From the sequence record KM606994: a stretch of DNA of 64,000 bases; one strand, written 5' to 3'. Under the pieces are notes generated by a model. The model was not told the origin of the DNA. It did no database searches and saw nothing but the letters and a program-made list of their open reading frames with translations. Below, in pieces: positions 11,466-22,446 of this stretch. The DNA is from Escherichia phage RB3. The position numbers were made by a program, and so were the translations under genes. The first letter of the stretch is position 1. Each line of letters begins with the position of its first letter.

Positions 11466-12083
11466 ATGTACCACTTTGTATATGAAACAACAAATCTAAT
11501 AAATGGTAAAAAGTATATAGGAAAACACTCTACTGATGACTTGAATGATGGTTACCTTGGTTCCGGTAAGGCAATTCAGCAGGCTATAAAGAAATATGGT
11601 GAAAACAATTTCTCTAGAACAATACTAAAAGAGTTTAAAACTTCCGAAGAAGCGTACATGTATGAAGAAGAAATTATAACTCCTGAACTAATAAAAAGCA
11701 AAAATTATTATAATATGAAACCTGGTGGAATTGGTGGAATTGTTATGACTACAGAGGTTATAGCAAAGATGAAAGAATCTTCCGCTAAAAGATTTGAAAA
11801 CTCACCAGGCACGGTATTAGGTAAAACTTGTTACACTAATGGAACTAAAAATATTTTTATTAAACCTGGAGAACTTGTTCCAGAAGGATTTGTAAAAGGG
11901 ATGGTTCATCCTAATAGAAAGTCCAGAAAAGGATGTAAAGTCAAACCGACTACCACAGGAACTTTTTGGGTCAATAATGGCGCAATAAATAAATTAATAC
12001 AACCAGACGGTATTATTCCCGACGGATTTATTAAAGGTCGTCTCATGAAAAGAGATTCTAAAGGCAAATTTAGTAAGGCATAA
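11466..12083 (+). CDS. segE: GIY-YIG homing endonuclease SegE
   Basis: 205 aa; GIY-YIG motif (HFVYETTN...KYIGKH); between inh and uvsW; late promoter at 11440-11447. Confidence 0.85.
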   Translation: MYHFVYETTNLINGKKYIGKHSTDDLNDGYLGSGKAIQQAIKKYGENNFSRTILKEFKTSEEAYMYEEEIITPELIKSKNYYNMKPGGIGGIVMTTEVIAKMKESSAKRFENSPGTVLGKTCYTNGTKNIFIKPGELVPEGFVKGMVHPNRKSRKGCKVKPTTTGTFWVNNGAINKLIQPDGIIPDGFIKGRLMKRDSKGKFSKA

Positions 12084-12085
12084 TT

Positions 12086-13594
12086 ATGGATATTAAAGTA
12101 CATTTTCACGACTTCAGTCATGTACGCATCGATTGTGAAGAGAGCACGTTCCACGAATTAAGAGATTTCTTTTCGTTTGAGGCCGATGGATATAGATTTA
12201 ACCCTCGCTTCAGATATGGCAACTGGGATGGACGAATCCGTCTGTTAGATTATAATCGTCTTCTTCCATTCGGCTTAGTCGGGCAAATTAAAAAGTTCTG
12301 TGATAACTTTGGCTATAAAGCTTGGATTGACCCGCAAATTAACGAAAAAGAAGAATTATCAAGAAAAGATTTTGATGAATGGCTTTCTAAATTAGAAATC
12401 TATTCAGGAAATAAAAGAATTGAACCGCACTGGTATCAAAAAGATGCAGTGTTCGAAGGATTAGTTAATCGTCGTAGAATTCTTAATCTTCCAACATCTG
12501 CAGGTAAATCTTTAATTCAAGCTTTGCTTGCGCGATATTATTTGGAAAATTATGAAGGTAAAATTCTTATCATTGTTCCAACAACTGCTTTAACAACTCA
12601 GATGGCTGATGACTTCGTTGACTATCGTTTATTCAGTCATGCAATGATAAAGAAAATCGGCGGCGGAGCATCAAAAGATGATAAATATAAAAATGATGCA
12701 CCAGTCGTTGTTGGTACATGGCAAACTGTAGTAAAACAACCAAAAGAATGGTTCTCACAATTTGGAATGATGATGAATGATGAATGTCATCTTGCTACAG
12801 GAAAAAGTATTTCATCTATCATATCAGGTTTAAATAACTGCATGTTCAAATTTGGTCTATCGGGTTCATTACGTGATGGCAAAGCCAATATCATGCAGTA
12901 TGTTGGAATGTTTGGTGAAATATTTAAACCAGTAACGACTTCTAAATTAATGGAAGATGGACAAGTAACTGAGCTAAAAATTAATAGTATTTTTCTTCGC
13001 TATCCCGATGAGTTCACTACTAAATTAAAGGGAAAAACTTACCAAGAAGAAATAAAAATTATTACTGGGCTTAGTAAAAGAAATAAATGGATCGCTAAAT
13101 TAGCTATTAAGCTTGCACAAAAAGATGAAAACGCTTTTGTCATGTTTAAACATGTATCGCATGGTAAAGCTATTTTCGATTTAATTAAAAATGAATACGA
13201 TAAAGTTTATTACGTATCAGGGGAAGTTGATACCGAAACCCGCAACGTAATGAAAACCTTAGCTGAAAATGGTAAAGGAATAATTATAGTAGCTAGTTAT
13301 GGTGTATTTTCTACTGGTATTTCAGTTAAAAATCTGCATCACGTTGTTTTAGCGCACGGTGTTAAATCTAAAATTATTGTATTGCAAACAATCGGTCGTG
13401 TATTACGTAAGCATGGTTCTAAAACAATCGCAACAGTCTGGGACCTCATAGATGATTGTGGTGTTAAGCCAAAATCTGCTAATACTAAAAAGAAATATGT
13501 TCATTTGAACTATCTTTTAAAACACGGCATTGATCGTATTCAGCGCTACGCAGATGAAAAATTTAATTACGTAATGAAAACAGTTAATTTATAA
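12086..13594 (+). CDS. uvsW: UvsW SF2 DNA/RNA helicase
   Basis: 502 aa; Walker A (PTSAGKS) and DECH box. Confidence 0.93.
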   Translation: MDIKVHFHDFSHVRIDCEESTFHELRDFFSFEADGYRFNPRFRYGNWDGRIRLLDYNRLLPFGLVGQIKKFCDNFGYKAWIDPQINEKEELSRKDFDEWLSKLEIYSGNKRIEPHWYQKDAVFEGLVNRRRILNLPTSAGKSLIQALLARYYLENYEGKILIIVPTTALTTQMADDFVDYRLFSHAMIKKIGGGASKDDKYKNDAPVVVGTWQTVVKQPKEWFSQFGMMMNDECHLATGKSISSIISGLNNCMFKFGLSGSLRDGKANIMQYVGMFGEIFKPVTTSKLMEDGQVTELKINSIFLRYPDEFTTKLKGKTYQEEIKIITGLSKRNKWIAKLAIKLAQKDENAFVMFKHVSHGKAIFDLIKNEYDKVYYVSGEVDTETRNVMKTLAENGKGIIIVASYGVFSTGISVKNLHHVVLAHGVKSKIIVLQTIGRVLRKHGSKTIATVWDLIDDCGVKPKSANTKKKYVHLNYLLKHGIDRIQRYADEKFNYVMKTVNL

Positions 13595-13619
13595 GGGCTT
13601 CGGCCCTTTGGAGAAAAAG

Positions 13620-13850
13620 ATGTTACTAGAATTTAAACAATTTCTTTATGAAGCTTCTATTGATGAATTTATGGGTAAAATTGCCTCTTGCCAAACATTA
13701 GAAGGTCTAGAAGAACTTGAAGCTTATTATAAGAAAAGAGTTAAAGAAACTGAATTAAAAGATACTGATGACATCTCTGTGAGAGATGCTTTGGCAGGAA
13801 AAAGAGCTGAATTAGAAGATTCAGACGATGAAGTAGAAGAAAGCTTTTAA
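13620..13850 (+). CDS. uvsW.1: UvsW.1 small protein
   Basis: 76 aa from the ATG at 13620 (ORF-track start at 13608 is TTG); SD GGAG upstream. Confidence 0.78.
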   Translation: MLLEFKQFLYEASIDEFMGKIASCQTLEGLEELEAYYKKRVKETELKDTDDISVRDALAGKRAELEDSDDEVEESF

Positions 13851-13852
13851 AT

Positions 13853-13882
13853 TAAAAAAGGCCCAACCAAAAAGGAAGGGCC
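13853..13882 (-). terminator. Terminator at the end of the uvsY operon, convergent with uvsW.1
   Basis: Minus strand GGCCC...GGGCC hairpin (13-nt loop) followed by TTTTTTAAT. Confidence 0.5.
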
Positions 13883-13905
13883 AAAACTATAGACTAAAGG
13901 TCACA

Positions 13906-14073
13906 CTATAGCAAAAGTTGTGTTTCATTTAATTGTTCTTCCGAACTTTCTGAAACTGGTAGTTCTTTAATGTAATTATAGCAAGGCCCAGGATGTACAG
14001 GACCTTTGTCTGTTTCAACAACCAATGCAGAATCGATTGGAGTTTTACAGACAACACAAATCTTATCTGACAT
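13906..14073 (-). CDS. Small cysteine-containing protein (uvsY.-2 position)
   Basis: 55-aa ORF (MSDKICVVCKTPIDS...) found by hand, below ORF-track size cutoff. Confidence 0.5.
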   Translation of the reverse strand: MSDKICVVCKTPIDSALVVETDKGPVHPGPCYNYIKELPVSESSEEQLNETQLLL

Positions 14074-14101
14074 GATTGTCTCCTCTGAATTATATATCTA
14101 T

Positions 14102-14326
14102 TTATACAACTCTCATATGCATATCAATGCCCATATCTTTAGAATAAAAATATTCATCAAGATATCCGGAAAATTTTCCTTTAATATAAAGGACATCTTC
14201 ACCACACGGGTGGTCGGCCAGGATACGAATATCCTGACGCTTAAGATTATGCTTTTTCATTAAGAATTGAATTTCCGTTTCAAATTCTTCTTCATAATTA
14301 AAAGCATCATCAATGCTATATCTCAT
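14102..14326 (-). CDS. Hypothetical protein (uvsY.-1 position)
   Basis: 74-aa ORF immediately downstream of uvsY. Confidence 0.6.
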   Translation of the reverse strand: MRYSIDDAFNYEEEFETEIQFLMKKHNLKRQDIRILADHPCGEDVLYIKGKFSGYLDEYFYSKDMGIDMHMRVV

Positions 14327-14739
14327 TATTTTCCAGCCTCAAATGCTCGCATGTCTTGAATATGCTTAATAGCAAATCCACGTGATTTGATAGCATCAAG
14401 AGCTCCGCTACAGAAATCTAATAAAATTCCCCAATATTGTAATGAAGTATCAACCTTTAAAACATCCTTATCAGCTGATAGAACTGTCTTCATTTCTGAT
14501 TTCTCGTAACGATCCATACTAAATTCATCACCATCTCCTCGTCCCGAGTAGTAGTCTAATCTAGCTTTAAGAGCAACTTTTTTCTGTGCTTCAATTCTAA
14601 GCATTTCCTTTTTAATACTTGAATGCTTATTAAGCCATTTACTATATAACATCACATTATTAGCTGCTTCATACTGTAATTTAGTCGAATCTATAAACAC
14701 ATCTTTCTTCAATTCTTCTTGAAGATCTTCTAATCTCAT
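14326..14739 (-). CDS. uvsY: UvsY recombination mediator
   Basis: 137 aa; T4 position; MotA-type middle promoter upstream. Confidence 0.9.
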   Translation of the reverse strand: MRLEDLQEELKKDVFIDSTKLQYEAANNVMLYSKWLNKHSSIKKEMLRIEAQKKVALKARLDYYSGRGDGDEFSMDRYEKSEMKTVLSADKDVLKVDTSLQYWGILLDFCSGALDAIKSRGFAIKHIQDMRAFEAGK

Positions 14740-14779
14740 ATTGTTCTCTATTCAATTGTTATTGGATGGACTTAGATTC

Positions 14780-14806
14780 ATTATACCACGTTTATACGTG
14801 AAGCAT
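14780..14806 (-). promoter_or_regulatory. MotA-dependent middle promoter for uvsY
   Basis: MotA box TGCTTCA about 12 nt from -10 TATAAT on minus strand. Confidence 0.55.
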
Positions 14807-15204
14807 TATACTCTATTACTAGAAGCCAATTGCAGTTTTATCTGCTCAATATCATCGGGGTTATCGATGACCGAAAAGCGTATTTCTACTATCAGAGTAT
14901 AATCATCATAAACGGGTATCACATTAACTGATAATTTATCAATACGCGGCTCATAGTTTCTTACTGCGCTTTCGATATTGCGCTCAACTGTATCAGCAGT
15001 AAGAGGAGTCATATTTTCAAAAAGCTGGTCTGATAAATCACATCCAAATTCAGGGTCAAACGGTCTTGAACCTTTTCTTGTTGTAATAATTCCCAAAAGA
15101 CTGTTTTTAATTGACCTTAATCCAAGTGATCTGGAAACATCTTTGTTCCAATCCATTTTCATTTCCGGGTCAATATCAGAATAAAGCTTATTAATATTTG
15201 CCAT
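14806..15204 (-). CDS. 25: Baseplate wedge protein gp25
   Basis: 132 aa; synteny. Confidence 0.9.
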   Translation of the reverse strand: MANINKLYSDIDPEMKMDWNKDVSRSLGLRSIKNSLLGIITTRKGSRPFDPEFGCDLSDQLFENMTPLTADTVERNIESAVRNYEPRIDKLSVNVIPVYDDYTLIVEIRFSVIDNPDDIEQIKLQLASSNRV

Positions 15205-15830
15205 TATAGTAACTCAAAGAACTCTTTGAGGCCTCTTATTACGTGAGCATGGGTTTTTCCACACTCTGGACACTTAATTGGAACAGCCAAATAAACGGTA
15301 GGCTTTAAAAGCATATCTTTTATAGCTACAATATCTGACTCTGTGATGATAGAATATAAATCTTCTAGTTCCTTTTCATTTAAGTCTTCAACTGGAATGC
15401 TTTCCCCGTTAGCATGAATCGTTTCTATACATGATACTATCATGTGGGCTATATTTTTATCATCAAAAATTTTAGGGTATCGGAATTTAATTTTAATGTC
15501 ACCCAGTGTATACCAGAGGTCTTCTGGCGCATCTATTTGTGTGTGTAATAGATTTATATGGGTTGGTATTTCAGTTCCACAGGTGCACTTCCAGGAGTTT
15601 TCGTGATTAACTTCGCCGAGAGAATGTGCCCATAAATGAATCAACAATAGTTCTGATTCTTGGCGGTTTAAATCTTTTGCATTTGTGCAGTCTTTGATTA
15701 GCTTTTTAACAATTACTTCTACAGAACCATTATTTTTGGCAGTAATAAGTTCTAGATATTCTTTAAGCGTGAATGCGCGACAATTGATTATTTTAGAACC
15801 AACTCTCACATCAAATTTGTATTCATACAT
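15204..15830 (-). CDS. 26: Baseplate hub protein gp26
   Basis: 208 aa; divergent late promoter shared with gene 51. Confidence 0.85.
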   Translation of the reverse strand: MYEYKFDVRVGSKIINCRAFTLKEYLELITAKNNGSVEVIVKKLIKDCTNAKDLNRQESELLLIHLWAHSLGEVNHENSWKCTCGTEIPTHINLLHTQIDAPEDLWYTLGDIKIKFRYPKIFDDKNIAHMIVSCIETIHANGESIPVEDLNEKELEDLYSIITESDIVAIKDMLLKPTVYLAVPIKCPECGKTHAHVIRGLKEFFELL

Positions 15831-15851
15831 ATTTAGCTCCTTTATTTATCA

Positions 15852-15863
15852 TATTTATAAATA
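15852..15863. promoter_or_regulatory. Overlapping divergent late promoters (minus: gene 26; plus: gene 51)
   Basis: TATTTATAAATA contains TATAAATA on both strands, offset by 4 nt. Confidence 0.7.
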
Positions 15864-15880
15864 GAATAAAAGGAGCATCT

Positions 15881-16630
15881 ATGGCAAACATTATTCGTTG
15901 TAAATTACCAGATGGTGTTCATCGTTTTAAACCATTTACGGTAGAAGATTATCGAGATTTTTTGTTAGTTCGAAACGATATAGAACATCGGTCACCACAA
16001 GAACAAAAAGAAATAATTACTGATTTAATTGATGATTATTTTGGAGACTATCCGAAGACTTGGCAACCATTTATATTTTTGCAGGTATTTGTAGGGTCAA
16101 TAGGTAAAACTAAAGTACCAGTCACATTCGTATGTCCAAAATGTAAAAAAGAAAAGACAGTTCCATTTGAAATATATCAAAAAGAATTAAAGGAACCTGT
16201 TTTTGATGTAGCTAATGTTAAAATTAAATTAAAGTTTCCTTCTGAGTTTTATGAAAATAAAGCAAAGATGATTACTGAAAATATTCATTCTGTTCAAGTA
16301 GATGAAATATGGTATGATTGGAAGGAAATTAGCGAGTCCAGTCAAATAGAACTAGTTGACGCCATCGAGATAGAAACATTAGAAAAAATTCTCGATGCAA
16401 TGAATCCTATTAATTTAACTCTACATATGTCATGCTGTAATAAGTACATTAAAAAATACACTGATATAGTAGACGTGTTTAAGCTATTAGTTAACCCAGA
16501 TGAGATATTTACTTTTTATCAAATTAATCACACACTCGTAAAAAGTAATTATAGCTTAAATTCAATAATGAAAATGATTCCTGCTGAGCGCGGATTCGTA
16601 TTAAAACTGATTGAGAAGGATAAACAATAA
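15881..16630 (+). CDS. 51: Baseplate hub assembly protein gp51
   Basis: 249 aa; late promoter at 15856-15863. Confidence 0.85.
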   Translation: MANIIRCKLPDGVHRFKPFTVEDYRDFLLVRNDIEHRSPQEQKEIITDLIDDYFGDYPKTWQPFIFLQVFVGSIGKTKVPVTFVCPKCKKEKTVPFEIYQKELKEPVFDVANVKIKLKFPSEFYENKAKMITENIHSVQVDEIWYDWKEISESSQIELVDAIEIETLEKILDAMNPINLTLHMSCCNKYIKKYTDIVDVFKLLVNPDEIFTFYQINHTLVKSNYSLNSIMKMIPAERGFVLKLIEKDKQ

Positions 16631-17805
16631 TGAGTATGTTGCAACGCCCCGGATATCCAAATCTCAGCGTTAAATTATTTGATAGCTACGACGCTTGGAG
16701 TAATAATAGATTTGTTGAATTAGCTGCTACTATTACCACATTAACTATGCGGGATTCTCTTTATGGACGAAATGAAGGAATGCTGCAGTTTTATGATTCT
16801 AAAAACATCCATACAAAAATGGATGGAAATGAAATAATTCAGATTTCTGTAGCTAATGCAAATGATATTAATAATGTTAAAACACGAATTTATGGATGTA
16901 AGCATTTTTCCGTGTCAGTAGATTCAAAAGGTGATAACATCATTGCTATTGAATTGGGAACTATTCATTCTATAGAAAATCTTAAATTTGGTAGACCATT
17001 TTTCCCTGATGCAGGTGAATCTATAAAAGAAATGCTTGGTGTCATTTATCAGGATCGCACATTATTAACTCCAGCAATAAATGCTATAAATGCTTATGTT
17101 CCTGATATTCCATGGACTAGCACATTTGAAAACTATTTGTCATATGTAAGAGAAGTTGCTCTAGCTGTAGGAAGCGACAAATTTGTATTTGTGTGGCAAG
17201 ACATCATGGGAGTTAACATGATGGACTATGATATGATGATAAATCAAGAACCATATCCAATGATTGTCGGTGAGCCATCTTTAATAGGTCAATTCATCCA
17301 AGAATTAAAATATCCATTAGCATATGATTTTGTTTGGTTGACTAAATCGAATCCTCACAAACGTGACCCAATGAAAAATGCTACTATCTATGCTCATTCA
17401 TTTTTAGATTCTTCATTGCCAATGATTACTACAGGAAAGGGCGAAAACTCTATTGTAGTGTCAAGGTCAGGTGCTTATTCTGAAATGACTTATAGGAATG
17501 GATATGAAGAAGCTATTCGTCTTCAAACTATGGCACAATATGACGGCTATGCTAAATGTTCTACTGTCGGTAATTTTAACTTGACTCCTGGCGTTAAAAT
17601 TATTTTTAATGATAGTAAAAACCAATTTAAAACAGAATTTTACGTTGATGAAGTTATCCATGAATTATCCAATAATAATTCAGTAACTCATCTATATATG
17701 TTCACTAATGCAACGAAACTGGAAACAATAGACCCAGTTAAGGTTAAAAATGAATTTAAATCTGATACTACCACTGAAGAAAGTAGTTCTTCCAATAAGC
17801 AATAA
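16630..17805 (+). CDS. 27: Baseplate hub protein gp27
   Basis: 391 aa; synteny. Confidence 0.9.
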   Translation: MSMLQRPGYPNLSVKLFDSYDAWSNNRFVELAATITTLTMRDSLYGRNEGMLQFYDSKNIHTKMDGNEIIQISVANANDINNVKTRIYGCKHFSVSVDSKGDNIIAIELGTIHSIENLKFGRPFFPDAGESIKEMLGVIYQDRTLLTPAINAINAYVPDIPWTSTFENYLSYVREVALAVGSDKFVFVWQDIMGVNMMDYDMMINQEPYPMIVGEPSLIGQFIQELKYPLAYDFVWLTKSNPHKRDPMKNATIYAHSFLDSSLPMITTGKGENSIVVSRSGAYSEMTYRNGYEEAIRLQTMAQYDGYAKCSTVGNFNLTPGVKIIFNDSKNQFKTEFYVDEVIHELSNNNSVTHLYMFTNATKLETIDPVKVKNEFKSDTTTEESSSSNKQ

Positions 17806-18283
17806 AGAAGTTTCTATTCCTAAAATGGGTCTTAAACATTATAACATTTTAAAAGATGTTAAAGGTCCTGATGAAAATTTAAAACTTCTTATTGATTCTA
17901 TTTGTCCGAATTTATCACCGGCAGAAGTTGATTTCGTTTCTATTCATTTATTGGAATTTAATGGAAAGATTAAATCTCGTAAAGAAATAGATGGCTATAC
18001 TTATGACATTAATGATGTTTATGTGTGCCAAAGATTAGAGTTTCAATACCAAGGAAATACATTTTATTTTAGACCTCCTGGAAAATTTGAACAATTTTTA
18101 ACAGTGAGCGATATGTTATCTAAATGCTTACTTAAGGTCAATGATGAAGTTAAAGAAATTAATTTTCTTGAGATGCCAGCATTCGTTTTAAAATGGGCAA
18201 ATGATATTTTTACAACTTTAGCAATTCCTGGCCCTAATGGTCCAATAACTGGAATTGGCAATATTATTGGATTATTTGAATGA
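17750..18283 (+). CDS. 28: Baseplate hub distal subunit gp28
   Basis: 177 aa; overlaps gp27 3' end; synteny. Confidence 0.8.
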   Translation: MNLNLILPLKKVVLPISNKEVSIPKMGLKHYNILKDVKGPDENLKLLIDSICPNLSPAEVDFVSIHLLEFNGKIKSRKEIDGYTYDINDVYVCQRLEFQYQGNTFYFRPPGKFEQFLTVSDMLSKCLLKVNDEVKEINFLEMPAFVLKWANDIFTTLAIPGPNGPITGIGNIIGLFE

Positions 18284-20052
18284 AAAAGCCACAAGAAATG
18301 CAAACGATGCGTAGAAAAGTTATTTCAGATAATAAACCAACACAGGAAGCGGCTAAATCCGCTTCTAACACTTTATCTGGACTTAATGATATATCTACGA
18401 AATTGGATGATGCTCAAGCTGCTTCTGAATTAATAGCTCAAACTGTCGAAGAAAAATCGAATGAAATAGTTGGAGCAATTGGTAACGTAGAAAGCGCAGT
18501 GAGTGATACTACTGCTGGTTCTGAGTTAATTGCTGAAACTGTCGAAATTGGCAATAATATTAATAAAGAAATCGGTGAATCGCTCGGAAGCAAATTAGAT
18601 AAATTAACAAGTTTACTAGAGCAAAAAATCCAGACAGCTGGAATTCAACAGACTGGAACTAGTTTAGCCACTGTTGAAAGCGCTATTCCTGTTAAAGTCG
18701 TTGAGGATGATACTGCTGAATCTGTGGGTCCTTTATTACCAGCTCCTGAAGCAGTTAATAATGATCCTGACGCTGATTTTTTCCCTACCCCTCAGCCAGT
18801 TGAACCCAAACAAGAATCACCAGAAGAAAAACAGAAAAAAGAAGCATTTAACTTAAAATTATCTCAAGCTTTAGATAAATTAACAAAGACTGTTGATTTT
18901 GGATTTAAGAAATCCATTTCAATTAGTGATAAAATATCAAGCATGTTATTTAAGTACACCATCAGTGCTGCTATTGAAGCCGCTAAAATGACTGCAATGA
19001 TATTGGCTGTTGTTGTTGGAATAGACCTGTTGATGGTTCATTTTAAATACTGGTCAGATAAATTTTCAAAAGCCTGGGATTTATTTAATACTGACTTTAC
19101 TAAATTCTCTAGCGAAACCGGAACATGGGGTCCTTTATTACAGAGCATCTTTGATTCTATTGATAAAATTAAACAACTTTGGGAAGCGGGAGATTGGGGT
19201 GGATTGACAGCAGCTATTGTTGAAGGACTCGGAAGTGTTCTTTTTAATTTAGGTGAACTTATTCAATTAGGTATGGCTAAATTATCTGCAGCAATTCTTC
19301 GAGTCATTCCTGGTATGAAGGATACTGCTGATGAAGTAGAAGGAAGAGCATTAGAAAATTTCCAAAATTCTACTGGAGCATCTCTCAATAAAGAAGACCA
19401 AGAAAAAGTTGCAAATTATCAAGATAAACGAATGAACGGAGACCTTGGTCCGATAGCAAAAGGATTAGATAAAATTGCTAATTGGAAAACTCGTGCATCT
19501 AATTGGATTCGCGGGGTTGATAATAAAGAAGCACTAACTACCGACGAAGAACGTGCAGCAGAAGAAGAAAAATTAAAGCAACTTTCACCGGAAGAAAGAA
19601 AAAATGCTTTAATGAAGGCTAATGAAGCTCGTGCTGCGATGATTCGTTTTGAAAAATATGCCGATTCAGCTGATATGAGTAAAGACTCAACAGTTAAATC
19701 AGTTGAATCTGCCTATGAAGACCTTAAAAAACGGATGGATGACCCGGATTTAAATAATTCACCGGCAGTTAAAAAAGAACTTGCTGCTAGATTTTCTAAA
19801 ATTGATGCTACTTATCAAGAGCTCAAGAAAAATCAGCCTAATGCCAAACCTGAAACTTCTGCTAAATCGCCAGAAGCGAAACAAGTCCAGGTTATTGAAA
19901 AGAACAAAGCACAGCAAGCTCCTGTTCAACAAGCATCTCCTTCAATCAATAATACTAATAATGTTATTAAGAAAAATACTGTCGTTCATAATATGACACC
20001 TGTTACGAGTACAACTGCTCCTGGTGTATTTGGCGCGACTGGAGTTAATTAA
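18280..20052 (+). CDS. 29: Tail-length tape measure / baseplate hub protein gp29
   Basis: 590 aa; synteny. Confidence 0.9.
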   Translation: MKKPQEMQTMRRKVISDNKPTQEAAKSASNTLSGLNDISTKLDDAQAASELIAQTVEEKSNEIVGAIGNVESAVSDTTAGSELIAETVEIGNNINKEIGESLGSKLDKLTSLLEQKIQTAGIQQTGTSLATVESAIPVKVVEDDTAESVGPLLPAPEAVNNDPDADFFPTPQPVEPKQESPEEKQKKEAFNLKLSQALDKLTKTVDFGFKKSISISDKISSMLFKYTISAAIEAAKMTAMILAVVVGIDLLMVHFKYWSDKFSKAWDLFNTDFTKFSSETGTWGPLLQSIFDSIDKIKQLWEAGDWGGLTAAIVEGLGSVLFNLGELIQLGMAKLSAAILRVIPGMKDTADEVEGRALENFQNSTGASLNKEDQEKVANYQDKRMNGDLGPIAKGLDKIANWKTRASNWIRGVDNKEALTTDEERAAEEEKLKQLSPEERKNALMKANEARAAMIRFEKYADSADMSKDSTVKSVESAYEDLKKRMDDPDLNNSPAVKKELAARFSKIDATYQELKKNQPNAKPETSAKSPEAKQVQVIEKNKAQQAPVQQASPSINNTNNVIKKNTVVHNMTPVTSTTAPGVFGATGVN

Positions 20053-20060
20053 GGAATAAT

Positions 20061-21155
20061 ATGGCAATTGTTAAAGAAATAACTGCTGATTTAATTAAAA
20101 AGTCCGGTGAGAAAATTTCAGCCGGACAGAGCACTAAATCAGAAGTAGTAACTAAAACATACACTGCCCAGTTTCCAACTGGGCGTGCTAGTGGTAATGA
20201 CACTACAGGGGACTTCCAGGTAACAGATCTATATAAGAATGGATTATTATTTACTGCATACAATATGTCATCTAGGGATTCTGGAAGTCTTAGATCGATG
20301 AGATCTAACTACTCTTCTTCATCTTCGAGTATTTTAAGTACAGCCAGAAACACTATTAGTAGTACAGTATCAAAACTATCAAATGGATTAATATCAAATA
20401 ATAATTCAGGAACAATAAGTAAAGCTCCTGTCGCAAACATTCTTTTACCGAGATCTAAATCTGATGTTGATACATCATCACATAGATTTAATGATGTTCA
20501 AGAAAGCCTTATCAGTAGAGGCGGAGGTACTGCTACTGGTGTGCTAAGTAATATTGCTTCAACCGCAGTATTTGGGGCACTGGAAAGTATAACACAAGGT
20601 ATAATGGCTGATAATAATGAGCAGATTTATACGACAGCCAGAAGTATGTACGGTGGCGCTGAAAATAGAACTAAAGTGTTTACATGGGATTTGACTCCAC
20701 GTTCCACAGAAGATTTAATGGCTATTATTAATATCTATCAATATTTTAACTATTTTTCTTATGGTGAAACGGGTAAATCTCAATATGCTGCTGAAATAAA
20801 GGGATATTTAGATGATTGGTATCGTTCTACGTTAATTGAACCTTTATCTCCGGAAGACGCAGCTAAAAATAAAACACTATTTGAGAAAATGACATCGAGT
20901 TTAACTAACGTTCTAGTAGTTTCAAACCCGACAATTTGGATGGTGAAAAACTTTGGTGCAACATCTAAGTTTGATGGAAAAACTGAAATATTTGGTCCAT
21001 GCCAAATTCAAAATATCAGATTTGATAAAACACCTAATGGTAACTTTAACGGATTAGCTATTGCTCCAAACCTCCCTAGTACATTTACTCTCGAGATTAC
21101 TATGAGAGAAATTATCACGTTAAACCGTGCTTCTTTATATGCGGGGACTTTTTAA
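20061..21155 (+). CDS. 48: Baseplate tail-tube junction protein gp48
   Basis: 364 aa; synteny. Confidence 0.9.
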   Translation: MAIVKEITADLIKKSGEKISAGQSTKSEVVTKTYTAQFPTGRASGNDTTGDFQVTDLYKNGLLFTAYNMSSRDSGSLRSMRSNYSSSSSSILSTARNTISSTVSKLSNGLISNNNSGTISKAPVANILLPRSKSDVDTSSHRFNDVQESLISRGGGTATGVLSNIASTAVFGALESITQGIMADNNEQIYTTARSMYGGAENRTKVFTWDLTPRSTEDLMAIINIYQYFNYFSYGETGKSQYAAEIKGYLDDWYRSTLIEPLSPEDAAKNKTLFEKMTSSLTNVLVVSNPTIWMVKNFGATSKFDGKTEIFGPCQIQNIRFDKTPNGNFNGLAIAPNLPSTFTLEITMREIITLNRASLYAGTF

Positions 21156-22120
21156 TGTATTCTTTAGAGGAATTTAATAATCAAGCAATAAACGCAGATT
21201 TCCAACGTAATAATATGTTTAGCTGCGTTTTTGCAACAACTCCATCAACTAAAAGCTCTTCGTTGATAAGTTCAATTAGCAACTTTTCTTATAATAACTT
21301 GGGCCTAAATTCAGATTGGCTAGGATTAACTCAAGGTGATATTAATCAGGGAATTACCACGCTAATTACAGCTGGCACACAAAAACTGATAAGAAAATCA
21401 GGGGTTAGTAAATATCTTATTGGTGCCATGAGTCAACGTACAGTTCAAAGTTTATTAGGCTCATTCACAGTTGGTACATATTTAATTGACTTCTTTAACA
21501 TGGCATATAACTCATCTGGATTGATGATATATTCTGTAAAAATGCCAGAGAACAGATTATCCTATGAAACTGACTGGAACTATAATTCTCCTAATATTCG
21601 TATAACCGGAAGAGAATTAGACCCTTTGGTTATTTCATTTAGAATGGATTCAGAAGCTTGTAACTATCGTGCAATGCAAGACTGGGTTAACGCTGTTCAA
21701 GACCCAGTAACTGGATTACGTGCTTTGCCACAAGATGTCGAGGCAGATATTCAGGTTAATCTTCATGCTCGTAATGGATTACCTCATACTGCGGTGATGT
21801 TCACCGGATGCATTCCAATATCAGTGAGCGCTCCTGAGTTATCATATGATGGAGATAACCAAATAACTACATTTGACGTTACTTTTGCGTATAGAGTGAT
21901 GCAGGCTGGAGCAGTTGATAGGCAAGCTGCGCTTGAATGGCTTGAATCTGCTGCTATAAATGGTATTCAAAGCGTTCTCGGAAATAGTGGAGGTGTTACT
22001 GGACTATCTAATTCGCTTTCACGACTCAGTAGATTAGGAGGAACTGCGGGGAGCATTTCAAACATTAATACTATGACAGGAATTGTCAATTCGCAAAGTA
22101 AAATATTAGGAGCAATATAA
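21155..22120 (+). CDS. 54: Baseplate tail-tube initiator gp54
   Basis: 321 aa; followed by GGGGACC-GAAA-GGUCCCC terminator. Confidence 0.9.
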   Translation: MYSLEEFNNQAINADFQRNNMFSCVFATTPSTKSSSLISSISNFSYNNLGLNSDWLGLTQGDINQGITTLITAGTQKLIRKSGVSKYLIGAMSQRTVQSLLGSFTVGTYLIDFFNMAYNSSGLMIYSVKMPENRLSYETDWNYNSPNIRITGRELDPLVISFRMDSEACNYRAMQDWVNAVQDPVTGLRALPQDVEADIQVNLHARNGLPHTAVMFTGCIPISVSAPELSYDGDNQITTFDVTFAYRVMQAGAVDRQAALEWLESAAINGIQSVLGNSGGVTGLSNSLSRLSRLGGTAGSISNINTMTGIVNSQSKILGAI

Positions 22121-22124
22121 CAAT

Positions 22125-22153
22125 GGGGACCGAAAGGTCCCCATATTTTTATT
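22125..22153. terminator. Terminator between gene 54 and alt.-3 (convergent)
   Basis: GGGGACC-GAAA-GGTCCCC followed by ATATTTTTATTT. Confidence 0.75.
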
Positions 22154-22439
22154 TACGGAATGAAATGAAAGCAGAAACTGAAGCAACTAAACTGTCTTCA
22201 ATATAAACTTCAATTTTTACCGGAGCTTCTGACTCAAATTTACCTGTTACTACACTCTGAAAAATACTTTCAGACTGTTCTGGCTTTGAAAAATTTTCAG
22301 AAGGAAAAATTCCAAACTTTTTATCTGTTCCAAAAATTTTAATAAATTCATCGTAAACTGCTTCATTAAAAGCATTATCAGCAGGAATAACGCCTTCAAC
22401 TACAAGTTCTTGACCTAAAAAGCGCAAAGAAGATTTCAT
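22149..22439 (-). CDS. Hypothetical protein (alt.-3 position)
   Basis: 96-aa ORF; early-type promoter cassette upstream. Confidence 0.5.
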   Translation of the reverse strand: MKSSLRFLGQELVVEGVIPADNAFNEAVYDEFIKIFGTDKKFGIFPSENFSKPEQSESIFQSVVTGKFESEAPVKIEVYIEDSLVASVSAFISFRK

Positions 22440-22446
22440 TTTGTGT

